Of a DNA stretch of 64,000 nt, positions 55,579-64,000 are shown piece by piece. Each line of letters starts with the position of its first letter. The first letter of the stretch is position 1. The notes below the pieces were generated by a model. That model did no database searches, was not told the DNA's origin, and saw nothing but the letters and a program-made list of their open reading frames with translations. Made by a program: the position numbers and the translations under genes. Source of the stretch: Oscillospiraceae bacterium (GTDB lineage: Bacteria > Bacillota > Clostridia > Oscillospirales > Oscillospiraceae); NCBI GenBank assembly GCA_018053145.1, contig JAGPMA010000001.1, positions 28,482 through 92,481 on the forward strand, in the 5' to 3' direction.

Positions 55579-57888
55579 GTGGAAAATAAAACGGCGAAAA
55601 CACCAAGCTTAGCGCTGATTTCGATTATCTATCTTGCGGGCATATTTATGGGCGCGATAGATACCGGAATTGTGACTCCCGCAAGAACCATCATTCAGAA
55701 CAATTTGTTGGTGGACGATAAGACGGGAATTTGGCTTATTACAATTTACACGCTTGCATATGCCGCGAGCATACCGGTTATGGGGAAGCTTGCGGATAGA
55801 TACGGCAGAAAAACAATTTATATCACAAGTATATTCCTTTTCGGACTTGGGTCTCTGCTTTGCGGATTATCACATTATGCAGGCAGCTTTGAGCTTCTGA
55901 TTGCCGCAAGAGCAATTCAGGCTATTGGCGGCGGTGGAATCATGCCCGTTGCAACCGCAGAATTTGGCACGTCCTTCCCACCCGAAAAGCGCGGCTTGGC
56001 GCTGGGGCTTGTTGGGGGAGTTTACGGAATCGCAAACATTTTCGGTTCACTCGCGGGCAGTGCAATTTTGGACCTTTTCGGTACACAAAACTGGCAGTAT
56101 ATCTTTTTTGTAAATATACCGATTTCGATATTTATCATTATTGCAGGCTTTTTCTGCCTGCCCAACCGCAAAGAGAAAGTTGTAAAAAAAATTGACGGCT
56201 TGGGAACGCTCGTCATTGTAGCTTTGGTGCTCTCCCTGCTATATGGACTCAAGCAAATCGACTTCTTCGATTTTGCCAATACAATTACAAGCACGAGGGC
56301 TTATCCGTTTCTTATCGCGTTTGCTGTTCTTGTTCCCGTGTTCGTTTTTGTTGAGAAACGAGCCGAAGACCCGATAATGAATCTTTCGTATTTTACAAAT
56401 GCGAGAATTGTAACAACCTTGGCTGTGGCCTTTGCCTCCGGCTTTGTGCTGATGGGTATTGTTTTCATTCCACAGTTCTGCGAAAACTCACTTAAGGTTT
56501 CCTCGGGTAACGGCGGTTACTTTACTGTGGTTTTAGGACTTCTCTCGGGTGTGTCTGCAATGCTTTCCGGCAAGCTGATTGATAAGTTTGGAGCAAAGCT
56601 CGTTCTGCTGCTTGGCTTTTCAATCACCATTATCGGAGCGATGTTCCTGATTTTTGTCGCGGCTGTCAATCCTAGCATGGCGACCGTAATAATAAGCCTT
56701 ATGCTGTTGGGTTTTGGTATGGGCTTCACTATTGGTGCTCCCGTAAACTACATGATGCTAGAAAATGTCAACGAAAAAGAGGCAAACTCGGGGCTTGCCA
56801 CGCTTTCGCTAATTCGCTCAATCGGAACGTCAATAGCGCCGGCAATCATGGTCGGTTTCCTTGCCTATGCAGGGACATCCGTGCAGGCAAAGCTAATGCC
56901 GCTTATGCCTGATGTAATAAATGTGCCGTCCTTGCCGTATGTACAGGAAATTTCCGATAAGGTCACGGAGCTGAAGACCGACCCCAATATGGCAGAAAAG
57001 CTTGGCGATATGGAAATTCCGGACGTGACCTCTATGCAAACGATTAAGCTTGATTTCTCGGGCGGCGGTGATTATCAGATGCCCACGGCAATAATCGAAA
57101 AACTGAAAAGCTCTGATGTAACGACGATTGTTGCCATCACAAAGGAAATGGCTGTTACTATGTTTGACGAAATGACTCCCGCGGTAGTTGAAAAAATTCA
57201 AAGCGGACTTAATTCCGGCGTTGAAGGAATTACTCAAGGAATTGCGGAATTGGACGCAAGTGTTTCCAAAATTCAAGCGGGCTACAGCGGTATAGGGCAG
57301 GGAATCACGGGTATGCAATCGGCTGTTGCCGCGCAGACAGCGGCGCTGACTCAGCTTCAAGGCGTCAAAGCATCAATGACGCAGATGCTTGAAGCTGGCG
57401 GAGCTTGGGCGCCGGGTGTAAGCGTTGCGGATATGCTGCCTATGATGGTGAAAAGCAGCATGCCGGCAAGTGCATTAAGCCAGCTCTCCGAAATTAAATC
57501 GATGGACGAACTAAACGCAAAAATTGCTGCTCTGCAAGGCGCAATTGCAGCGCTTAACGGAAAAATCGCGTCGAGCGTGCAGAGCCAAACCCAGATGAGC
57601 GCGGCGATTGCGCAAATGACTGCCGCCAAAGCCGAGATGGAAACACTGCTTGACGAGATGAACACGCTCAATTCCGCAATTCCGGGAGCCTTTGAGACAG
57701 CAAAGACGGACTATATTGCGGAAATTGATGCAAAGTCGGGCGAGATTGAGGAGGCTTATCAGAGCACTGTTAACACGGGCTATCGTTCAATTTATGTGAC
57801 AGCCTCGGTATCCGCCGTTATCGCAATTTTGCTGCTGATATTTTATAAAAAGAAAAAGCCCGTGGCTGAAATCTCGGCTGAAACCTGA
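55579..57888 (+). CDS. MFS (DHA2-like) efflux transporter with a large helical insertion before the last TM helix
   Basis: Motif A GKLADRYGRK and about 13 TM helices in the first 440 aa. A roughly 290 aa hydrophilic A/Q/L-rich region follows, then one final TM helix. GTG start with an AAAGGGGA RBS. Confidence 0.88.
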   Translation: MENKTAKTPSLALISIIYLAGIFMGAIDTGIVTPARTIIQNNLLVDDKTGIWLITIYTLAYAASIPVMGKLADRYGRKTIYITSIFLFGLGSLLCGLSHYAGSFELLIAARAIQAIGGGGIMPVATAEFGTSFPPEKRGLALGLVGGVYGIANIFGSLAGSAILDLFGTQNWQYIFFVNIPISIFIIIAGFFCLPNRKEKVVKKIDGLGTLVIVALVLSLLYGLKQIDFFDFANTITSTRAYPFLIAFAVLVPVFVFVEKRAEDPIMNLSYFTNARIVTTLAVAFASGFVLMGIVFIPQFCENSLKVSSGNGGYFTVVLGLLSGVSAMLSGKLIDKFGAKLVLLLGFSITIIGAMFLIFVAAVNPSMATVIISLMLLGFGMGFTIGAPVNYMMLENVNEKEANSGLATLSLIRSIGTSIAPAIMVGFLAYAGTSVQAKLMPLMPDVINVPSLPYVQEISDKVTELKTDPNMAEKLGDMEIPDVTSMQTIKLDFSGGGDYQMPTAIIEKLKSSDVTTIVAITKEMAVTMFDEMTPAVVEKIQSGLNSGVEGITQGIAELDASVSKIQAGYSGIGQGITGMQSAVAAQTAALTQLQGVKASMTQMLEAGGAWAPGVSVADMLPMMVKSSMPASALSQLSEIKSMDELNAKIAALQGAIAALNGKIASSVQSQTQMSAAIAQMTAAKAEMETLLDEMNTLNSAIPGAFETAKTDYIAEIDAKSGEIEEAYQSTVNTGYRSIYVTASVSAVIAILLLIFYKKKKPVAEISAET

Positions 57889-57922
57889 TGCCTTGACAGT
57901 AGGCAGGATAAATAAGTAAAAT

Positions 57923-57965
57923 AGCAAAAGCACCGCTCATTTTCGAACGGTGCTTTTGCTTTATC
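57923..57965. terminator. Bidirectional intrinsic terminator
   Basis: 13 bp stem (AGCAAAAGCACCG / CGGTGCTTTTGCT) followed by TTTAT, between convergent genes. Confidence 0.85.
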
Positions 57966-57993
57966 TAAAAGACGGGATATATTGCTAATTCGT

Positions 57994-58239
57994 CTATTCA
58001 AAGACCAATGCTTTCATCGGGCATGATTTTGTGCATTTGCCGCACTTAATGCATTTGTTTTTGTCCACGAGCGGTGCACCAAAACCTTTTTGTGTAAGCG
58101 CGCCAACGGGACAGACACGTACAGAGGGACAGGGATGATTTTGCGGACAGCGAGATTTGTTGACATGCAACTCCTGCCCTTCGGGAACCTCAATCTTAGC
58201 TCCACCGCCACTCAATAAACCAAATAAACCGTTACCCAT
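57994..58239 (-). CDS. Small 4Fe-4S ferredoxin-like protein
   Basis: Cysteine motifs CPQNHPCPSVRVCP and CIKCGKCTKSCP. A GGAGG RBS 9 nt upstream of ATG 58239 means the ORF-track start at 58368 is rejected. Confidence 0.8.
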   Translation of the reverse strand: MGNGLFGLLSGGGAKIEVPEGQELHVNKSRCPQNHPCPSVRVCPVGALTQKGFGAPLVDKNKCIKCGKCTKSCPMKALVFE

Positions 58240-58421
58240 TATTATAAACCTCCAAAATAAAACCAGAATTATAAGAGCAACATATTTTGCCGAAAGCAAT
58301 AGTACTTTGCGCCCTTTATGTGCCTTAATATTATCATTTTTGAGGTCTAAAGACCGTAACTTAATCACAAAATCATATTAAATTGATTCAAAGAGCGGCT
58401 TTCAAGAATGGCGTTTAAGCT

Positions 58422-59339
58422 TTAGAACGCACTTTCCATGGCTTTAATTTTGTCATAGAGCATCTGATTCACAGGAAAAGACAAGCCGCGTTTTTTACCT
58501 ATGCTTAGGACAGTGCCCGCAAACAGCTCAAGCTCAGAATAGCGTTTTGCCTCCAAATCCTGCCGCATGGAGGGCTTTCCCCTAGGGTTCAGACCGTCTA
58601 GAATGTGAAGCCAATAGTCGAGGTCTGTCTGCGTAAGATTGACGTTTTCAGCTTTTGACAAAGCTATTACCTCGCGCATCGCGGCAATCATCGTTTCCCT
58701 TGCTTCGCCCGACTCCTGAATATCTCCGTAATCACCCTCGAAAACTGCGACGGTTTGATTAACTCCAACATTAAGCATGAATTTGCCCCACAGCCGTTTT
58801 TGCATATCGTCGACAAGCTCATGAGGAAGGGCAGTCTTTACAAAGAAGCGTCTTACGGCTTCAGCTTTTTCACGACTCAAAGCAGAAAAATCACCGCCAA
58901 AGCAAATCATACCCATGTTTTTATAAGTCAAGCTGTTTTCGAGCTTGACAGCGTCCATGCCCTGAGCCACGCTGTACAGCACCTTTTCTATGCCTAAAGC
59001 CTGTCCAATTAAGCCCTCGCTGCTGATGCCATTAAGCAGGGACAAAACAACGGTTTCAGGACCAACCTGATTTTCGGCTGTTTTAATCGCTGCCGGCAAA
59101 TCGTTATATTTGACAGCGAAAATCAAAAGGTCACAGGGGGAGCAACTCTCATCAGGCGTTATGTAATTAAAATCGCAGAGCTCGCCGTTGCAATATATGT
59201 TTTCAGAACGATATTTTGCAATTCTTTCACTGTCGGCGATTATTCTAAGATTCGCCTTTGGCATATTCTTTGACAGGTGGGTTCCGAATAAAACGCCCAA
59301 AGCTCCCAACCCGATAATAGATACATTTTCAATTTCCAT
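58422..59339 (-). CDS. panE: 2-dehydropantoate 2-reductase (ketopantoate reductase) family
   Basis: N-terminal IIGLGALG Rossmann motif and ApbA/PanE layout. A GGAGG RBS favours ATG 59339. Confidence 0.82.
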   Translation of the reverse strand: MEIENVSIIGLGALGVLFGTHLSKNMPKANLRIIADSERIAKYRSENIYCNGELCDFNYITPDESCSPCDLLIFAVKYNDLPAAIKTAENQVGPETVVLSLLNGISSEGLIGQALGIEKVLYSVAQGMDAVKLENSLTYKNMGMICFGGDFSALSREKAEAVRRFFVKTALPHELVDDMQKRLWGKFMLNVGVNQTVAVFEGDYGDIQESGEARETMIAAMREVIALSKAENVNLTQTDLDYWLHILDGLNPRGKPSMRQDLEAKRYSELELFAGTVLSIGKKRGLSFPVNQMLYDKIKAMESAF

Positions 59340-59533
59340 AGTCTTTGCCTCCATGATAGCGTGTTACAAAATTATACTACATTGTTGTATAAAATGAAAT
59401 AAGTACCCGGCATGAAGAACGCTGATTGTGCTCGCTGTTGAAAATATAATTTTTGTGTGGTAGGATGATTTGTAACCCGCTTTGGGTTAGCAACTCGCGT
59501 GGATATTTTATAAGATAAACAGGAATTTTTCAT

Positions 59534-59977
59534 ATGAAGGAATATAAGAACAAAGATATAGTTGTTTGCTGGTATCCGGAACAGTGCTCGCACCCCGGAA
59601 CCTGTCTTAGAACACTGCCTGAGGTGTTTTTTGTGGCCAAACGCCCGTGGGTCAATGTTGATGCGGCTTCTCCCGAGGAGATAATAAAATGCATCGATAA
59701 ATGCCCTTCCGGAGCACTGAGATATTATCTTCCGGAAGGCTCAACGGTTGACCCTGAGCTGGCAAAAGGTGTTGGCTCGATTGATAATATGAAAGCGATG
59801 CCGACAGCCGTGAAAATTAAAATTGTAAAAAATGGACCATATCTGATAGAAGGCCCTACGGAAGTGACAGCTTCCGACGGTACGCCTCTGTATATCGGTG
59901 AGAGAATTGCGCTTTGTTCCTGCGGCTGTACTCAGAACCCTCCGTTCTGTGACGGATCACATGGAAATAATCGATGA
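59534..59977 (+). CDS. Fusion of a divergent 4Fe-4S mono-cluster (DUF1271-like) domain and a CDGSH iron-sulfur domain
   Basis: N-terminal C-x6-C...CPSGAL pattern. The C-terminal CSCGCTQNPPFCDGSH is a CDGSH signature. Confidence 0.8.
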   Translation: MKEYKNKDIVVCWYPEQCSHPGTCLRTLPEVFFVAKRPWVNVDAASPEEIIKCIDKCPSGALRYYLPEGSTVDPELAKGVGSIDNMKAMPTAVKIKIVKNGPYLIEGPTEVTASDGTPLYIGERIALCSCGCTQNPPFCDGSHGNNR

Positions 59978-59978
59978 T

Positions 59979-60011
59979 AAAAAACACGCCTAGCTTATGG
60001 GCGTGTTTTTA
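59979..60011 (+). terminator. Intrinsic terminator
   Basis: AAAACACGCC / GGCGTGTTTT stem followed by a T-run. Confidence 0.8.
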
Positions 60012-60151
60012 ATCATATAAAAAAGTGCATGATATAAAAACTATGTTCAGCAGTATAGAGTAAATTATTACTAGGCAAAGCGCAGCATTTGTGATAAACC
60101 TTAATAATAAAGCTGAATACGCTTATTAAACTGACGGGGGTAGGTGAAGTA

Positions 60152-61390
60152 ATGATTACTTTTCAGGAATTATATAATAAGCTGGTTTCTTCTGCAATTA
60201 AGGGTGATTTTGAGGTGAAAGCGGAGCTTAACTATGACCCAAATCAACTTGATTGCCTTCTCAACCCAAACAAAAATCCGCTTGTATTTCACACAGGGAT
60301 TTGCGGCTGCGATAAGGAAAAAACGCAGCAATGCATTAGCCGTTGCCCCTTTGGCGCAATTGAAAAGGCCGACGCAGATGGAATTAAGATTGACTCTGAG
60401 CTATGCGTTGGCTGCGCGTTGTGCATCGAAGGCTGCGAGAGCAAGCTGCTTAAAGAATCAACGGATATAATTCCGGCATTGAAAGCAATACACAGCTCAA
60501 AAGGGCCGGTTTATGCCCTTATTGCCCCCGCCTTTTTGGGGCAATTCCACAAGGAAGTTACACCGGGAATGCTTCGAACTGCGTTAAAAAAAGTCGGTTT
60601 TGACGGAATGCTGGAGGTCGCGCTTTTTGCCGATATACTGACCTTGAAGGAAGCACTGGAGTTTGATAAGAATATTCGCACCGAATCGGATTATCAGCTT
60701 ACAAGCTGCTGCTGCCCAATGTGGATTGCAATGATTAGGAAGGTATATAACGAACTGATGCCGCATGTCCCGGGCTCGGTTTCACCAATGATAGCCTGCG
60801 GCAGAACTGTGAAGCTGTTACACCCCGATGCAATCACTGTTTTTATTGGACCCTGCCTTGCAAAAAAGGCGGAGGCCAGAGAAAAGGATTTGGCGGGAGC
60901 TGTAGACCATGTGCTGACGTTTAAGGAGGTACAAAACATTTTTGATGCGTTGGAGATTGACCCGTCAGAAATGGAGGAAAGTGAAAAAGACCATGCATCA
61001 AGAGCCGGAAGGATATATGCCAGAGCGGGAGGCGTTAGTGAAGCGGTTGAAAAGACACTCTTCAAGCTTAACCCTCAACGGCCGATATCAATTCGGACAA
61101 AGCGTGCCGACGGTGTTCCGGAGTGCAAAGAGATGATGAATAATCTTTTGCAAGGTAAACAGGAAGCCAATTTTTACGAGGGAATGGGCTGTAAGGGAGG
61201 TTGTGTCGGGGGACCGCGTTCCGTTACCGGAGCTGAAAAGGGAAGGCCACTTGTCGACGCATACGGTGACCGGTCGCAATATCAGACACCAATTGAAAAT
61301 CCCTATGTGATTGAGATGCTGAATCGTCTTGGCATAGAAACAGTGGAACAGCTTCTTGAAGATACTGAAATATTCACCCGCAAATTTTAA
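60152..61390 (+). CDS. [FeFe]-hydrogenase-like protein (ferredoxin domain plus H-cluster domain)
   Basis: CVGCALCIEGC ferredoxin motif and H-cluster-type motifs TSCCCPMW, GPCLAKKAEA and EGMGCKGGCVGGP. 412 aa. Confidence 0.8.
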   Translation: MITFQELYNKLVSSAIKGDFEVKAELNYDPNQLDCLLNPNKNPLVFHTGICGCDKEKTQQCISRCPFGAIEKADADGIKIDSELCVGCALCIEGCESKLLKESTDIIPALKAIHSSKGPVYALIAPAFLGQFHKEVTPGMLRTALKKVGFDGMLEVALFADILTLKEALEFDKNIRTESDYQLTSCCCPMWIAMIRKVYNELMPHVPGSVSPMIACGRTVKLLHPDAITVFIGPCLAKKAEAREKDLAGAVDHVLTFKEVQNIFDALEIDPSEMEESEKDHASRAGRIYARAGGVSEAVEKTLFKLNPQRPISIRTKRADGVPECKEMMNNLLQGKQEANFYEGMGCKGGCVGGPRSVTGAEKGRPLVDAYGDRSQYQTPIENPYVIEMLNRLGIETVEQLLEDTEIFTRKF

Positions 61391-61405
61391 AATAGTTTTA
61401 AGCAT

Positions 61406-61450
61406 AAAAGCGAGAAACGCCGCTTCATCTTGGCGGTGTTTCTCGCTATT
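61406..61450. terminator. Bidirectional intrinsic terminator
   Basis: GCGAGAAACGCCG / CGGTGTTTCTCGC stem with A-rich and T-rich flanks, between convergent genes. Confidence 0.8.
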
Positions 61451-61469
61451 ATATTAGCTTAGCAATAGC

Positions 61470-62564
61470 CTAAAGGCTGTCTTTGTCCCGTCTTTTACTG
61501 TCATACATCAGTTTGTCCGCTTCGTTAATCATGGATAAGAAATCGGAGTCCTCTTTCATCTGAATGACACCAAAACTACACGACACTTTGTGCCCCTCGA
61601 TCAAGTTAAATTTGTTGATGTGAGTTTCAATTCTAACTGTCAAATTCTCTGCGTTATCAAACGATGTGTTTGGCAAAAGAAAAACGAATTCATCCCCACC
61701 CCATCGAGCAAGGGTGTCCGAGGAACGCAACTGCTTCTGTATGAGGGCTGCAAAGCTTGTCAGCACAAAATCACCGGTAGCGTGACCAAATTTATCGTTA
61801 ATGGCTTTCATATTGTCAATATCGGCAAAAACTATAGACAACGGCATATCCTGTCTGCGGCAGAAATTAATCCATTTATCGGCTTCTTCTTTCATTTTAT
61901 ATCTGTTTGCCGTTTTGGTTAAGAAATCGGTTGTACTAATTTGTTCAAGCTTCCGCTTAGTTATGAATTCGCTCAGCTGATGTTTTTCGGCATTTCTTGC
62001 GGAGATTGCGCAGAGAAGAAGCGCAATCAGGACATATGCAAAGCCGGCAATAATATCATCTGCATTCGCTGATTTTACAAATACCAAAGTGCAGAATATA
62101 AAGCCGAGAGTAGCGAACAAAGCAATATTCAGCATGTTAACCCATCGGTTAGGAAGTAAAAAGATTACAAGAAATAGCATAATCATGCCCATTGACTGAA
62201 TTAGAAAATTGGGATTAACGTACTGGCAAAATACAAAAAGGAAAATTAATATAGCAAGAATTTCGCTTATTGAAACAATGATTGAGAAGAGTTTAAAGCT
62301 TCTGATGTTTTTCAAATTGAAGCTAATTATGAAGAGAATAATTGAATACAGCACACGTATGACAACAATACTGATTTTAGCTGACATGCTTCCAATGAGC
62401 TCCAAATCGGGAAACAGCATCAATAGGTTTACAAGTCCGGCCATTATAATCAAGATACTTGTGGGTTTTCTGTAAGCGCTTATTTTATGATTAAAATAAG
62501 AAGTGCGGTCATCAAGGGACGAAATCTGCGATTTTTCTTTTTTTATCGTTACCAATGACATCAC
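61470..62564 (-). CDS. Membrane-anchored diguanylate cyclase (GGDEF domain)
   Basis: About 190 aa of TM helices, then DIDNMKAINDKFGH and RWGGDEF motifs. Confidence 0.9.
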   Translation of the reverse strand: MMSLVTIKKEKSQISSLDDRTSYFNHKISAYRKPTSILIIMAGLVNLLMLFPDLELIGSMSAKISIVVIRVLYSIILFIISFNLKNIRSFKLFSIIVSISEILAILIFLFVFCQYVNPNFLIQSMGMIMLFLVIFLLPNRWVNMLNIALFATLGFIFCTLVFVKSANADDIIAGFAYVLIALLLCAISARNAEKHQLSEFITKRKLEQISTTDFLTKTANRYKMKEEADKWINFCRRQDMPLSIVFADIDNMKAINDKFGHATGDFVLTSFAALIQKQLRSSDTLARWGGDEFVFLLPNTSFDNAENLTVRIETHINKFNLIEGHKVSCSFGVIQMKEDSDFLSMINEADKLMYDSKRRDKDSL

Positions 62565-62663
62565 CCTTATTAAACCTTAATTTTTTCTTCATCAATGATG
62601 CTCGGGCTTGCTAAGACCACAGAGCGGAAACCAGACAAAATAGTTCGACAATATACCACAATT

Positions 62664-62693
62664 ATTATACACCGCCAATCCACTCAAATTCAA
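62664..62693 (-). promoter_or_regulatory. Putative promoter of the GGDEF gene
   Basis: On the minus strand: TTGAAT, 18 nt spacer, TATAAT. Confidence 0.55.
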
Positions 62694-62728
62694 CCTAAAA
62701 TGCAATAAGAAATAGCTTAATCCCAATC

Positions 62729-62762
62729 TGAAAAACACCACCTCGAAAAAGGTGGTGTTTAG
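62729..62762 (-). terminator. Intrinsic terminator of greA
   Basis: ACACCACC / GGTGGTGT stem. A T-run follows on the minus strand. Confidence 0.75.
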
Positions 62763-62834
62763 AAAAAATGATACAAGAATGATAAGAGCTTTATTTGTAA
62801 AGGCATAAGGTCTTTCTGCTTCTGATATAGCTCA

Positions 62835-63338
62835 CTAAAAAGCGCTTATTGGAAGCGACTCGTCGTCATTTCCTTCCTCAACAGACCGAATAACGACATA
62901 ATAGCTGTAGTCCGAGTTCACTTCAACCCGAACTCTATCGCCGACCTTGTGACCCATCACGGCTTTGCCGACGGGCGATTCCTTGCTGATAAACCCCTTT
63001 AAGGCGTTTTGACGCAGGGTGGTTACAATTTGAATATTTTGGGTTTCGCCTTCATCCTCAAAGTATATTTCAACGATATCAAACAAACCAATTTCTCCGG
63101 CTTTTGACTCGCCGGTGATGACCTTCGCTGTTTTTATCATGTTTTCAAGATATCTGATGCGGCTGTCGTTCCTGTTTTTTTCGCGTTTAGCGGCCTTATA
63201 TTCAAAGTTTTCGCTAAGGTCGCCAAAGGCTCTAGCGACCTTAACATCGTCAATCAGCTCCGGACGCAGAACCTTGAATCGGTGGTCGAGCTCTTCTTGC
63301 ATCTTCTTAATATCAACCGCTGTTAGTTCATCATACAT
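62835..63338 (-). CDS. greA: Transcription elongation factor GreA
   Basis: Coiled-coil tip motif AFGDLSENFEYKAAK and a C-terminal globular domain (SPVGKAVMGHKVGD). Confidence 0.93.
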   Translation of the reverse strand: MYDELTAVDIKKMQEELDHRFKVLRPELIDDVKVARAFGDLSENFEYKAAKREKNRNDSRIRYLENMIKTAKVITGESKAGEIGLFDIVEIYFEDEGETQNIQIVTTLRQNALKGFISKESPVGKAVMGHKVGDRVRVEVNSDYSYYVVIRSVEEGNDDESLPISAF

Positions 63339-63473
63339 TGCTTATGCCCTCCACCGACGTAAGTGCGCCGCCGTTTTTGCGAGTTAATCGTTAACATTTC
63401 ATTGAGAGTAGCCCTGCTAATTGAAAGCACCAAGACTATCGTTGAAAAGTTTGGATTAGTTTAAGCCTAAATT

Positions 63474-63502
63474 ATTGTATCATATCCGAGTAATGGTTTC
63501 AA
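63474..63502 (-). promoter_or_regulatory. Putative promoter of greA
   Basis: On the minus strand: TTGAAA, 17 nt spacer, TACAAT. It implies a leader of about 130 nt. Confidence 0.55.
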
Positions 63503-63575
63503 GCAAGTGAGAGTTAACCACGAAGAAGCATCCCTACTGACCTTAAACTTACCACCACATAAATAAAAGAAGCAA

Positions 63576-63620
63576 GAGAGGCACATTATGCATTTAGCAA
63601 TGAAGTGCCTCCCCTTTTTT
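63576..63620. terminator. Hairpin terminator downstream of gdhA, with a perfect T6 run on the opposite (plus) strand
   Basis: GAGGCAC / GTGCCTC stem with a 20 nt loop. TTTTTT follows on the plus strand and T-rich sequence follows on the minus strand. Confidence 0.6.
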
Positions 63621-63669
63621 AGTTGATTAAAATTTAAAAAATAATTTTATATTTGGGTAGAATCAAATC

Positions 63670-64000
<331 letters not shown>

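Noticed and set aside
58240-58368. N-terminal 43 aa extension of the small ferredoxin gene
   Set aside because: A GGAGG RBS sits 9 nt before ATG 58239, and the upstream part has no support.
62594-62710. 38-codon plus-strand ORF in the GGDEF-greA spacer
   Set aside because: It has no RBS and overlaps the minus-strand promoter and leader of the GGDEF gene.

Overview
Chromosomal, mostly housekeeping segment, about 50% GC. The taxon is inferred as Firmicutes, class Clostridia, possibly Oscillospiraceae/Ruminococcaceae-like. That inference rests on a dnaD/dnaI-type loader pair, maf-mreC-mreD-pbp2, hisS-aspS, T-box control, strong GGAGG ribosome-binding sites, hairpin terminators with T-runs, and anaerobe Fe-S proteins.

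I support about 62 protein-coding genes. By eye I saw no rRNA, tRNA, CRISPR array, transposase, integrase or recognisable defence system.

Blocks in order:
- mutS (5' cut by the window edge) coupled to a CPBP protease, then a membrane GGDEF protein
- proS, and a dnaD-like/dnaI-like pair
- zapA, U32 peptidase, maf, mreC, mreD, pbp2, and a degenerate methylglyoxal-synthase-like gene
- hisS-aspS, GNAT, VOC, comM/yifB, thiI, cinA, and a phosphoribosyltransferase (PRTase)
- tadA divergent from mntP, lepA, and an XRE regulator divergent from htrA
- ACT-hom-ask operon, a DUF1700 module, a chemoreceptor (MCP), capA, and a beta-carbonic anhydrase
- a TrpXYZ-type ABC importer behind a T-box leader whose apparent specifier is UGG (Trp)
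- asnB, then padR-DUF1700-SDR-SDR
- an arsenic-type islet: arsR, ArsP-like permease, Fe-S/DUF2703-like fusion, Trx-like protein, acr3, arsN-like GNAT
- EAL-CBS-GGDEF, EamA, and marR with an MFS pump carrying a roughly 290 aa helical insert
- ferredoxin, panE, DUF1271-CDGSH, and an [FeFe]-hydrogenase-like protein
- a second membrane GGDEF, greA, and gdhA (5' part cut by the window edge)

I found no clear-cut new system. The best second-look candidates are:
- the non-canonical ars islet, with cysteine-rich tails on three consecutive proteins
- the catalytically degenerate MGS-like gene behind the cell-shape operon
- the MFS pump with the large coiled-coil-like insert
- the short hydrogenase-like protein with a TSCCCP motif
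- two DUF1700 membrane modules

All family assignments come from motif recognition by eye. No database search was run.
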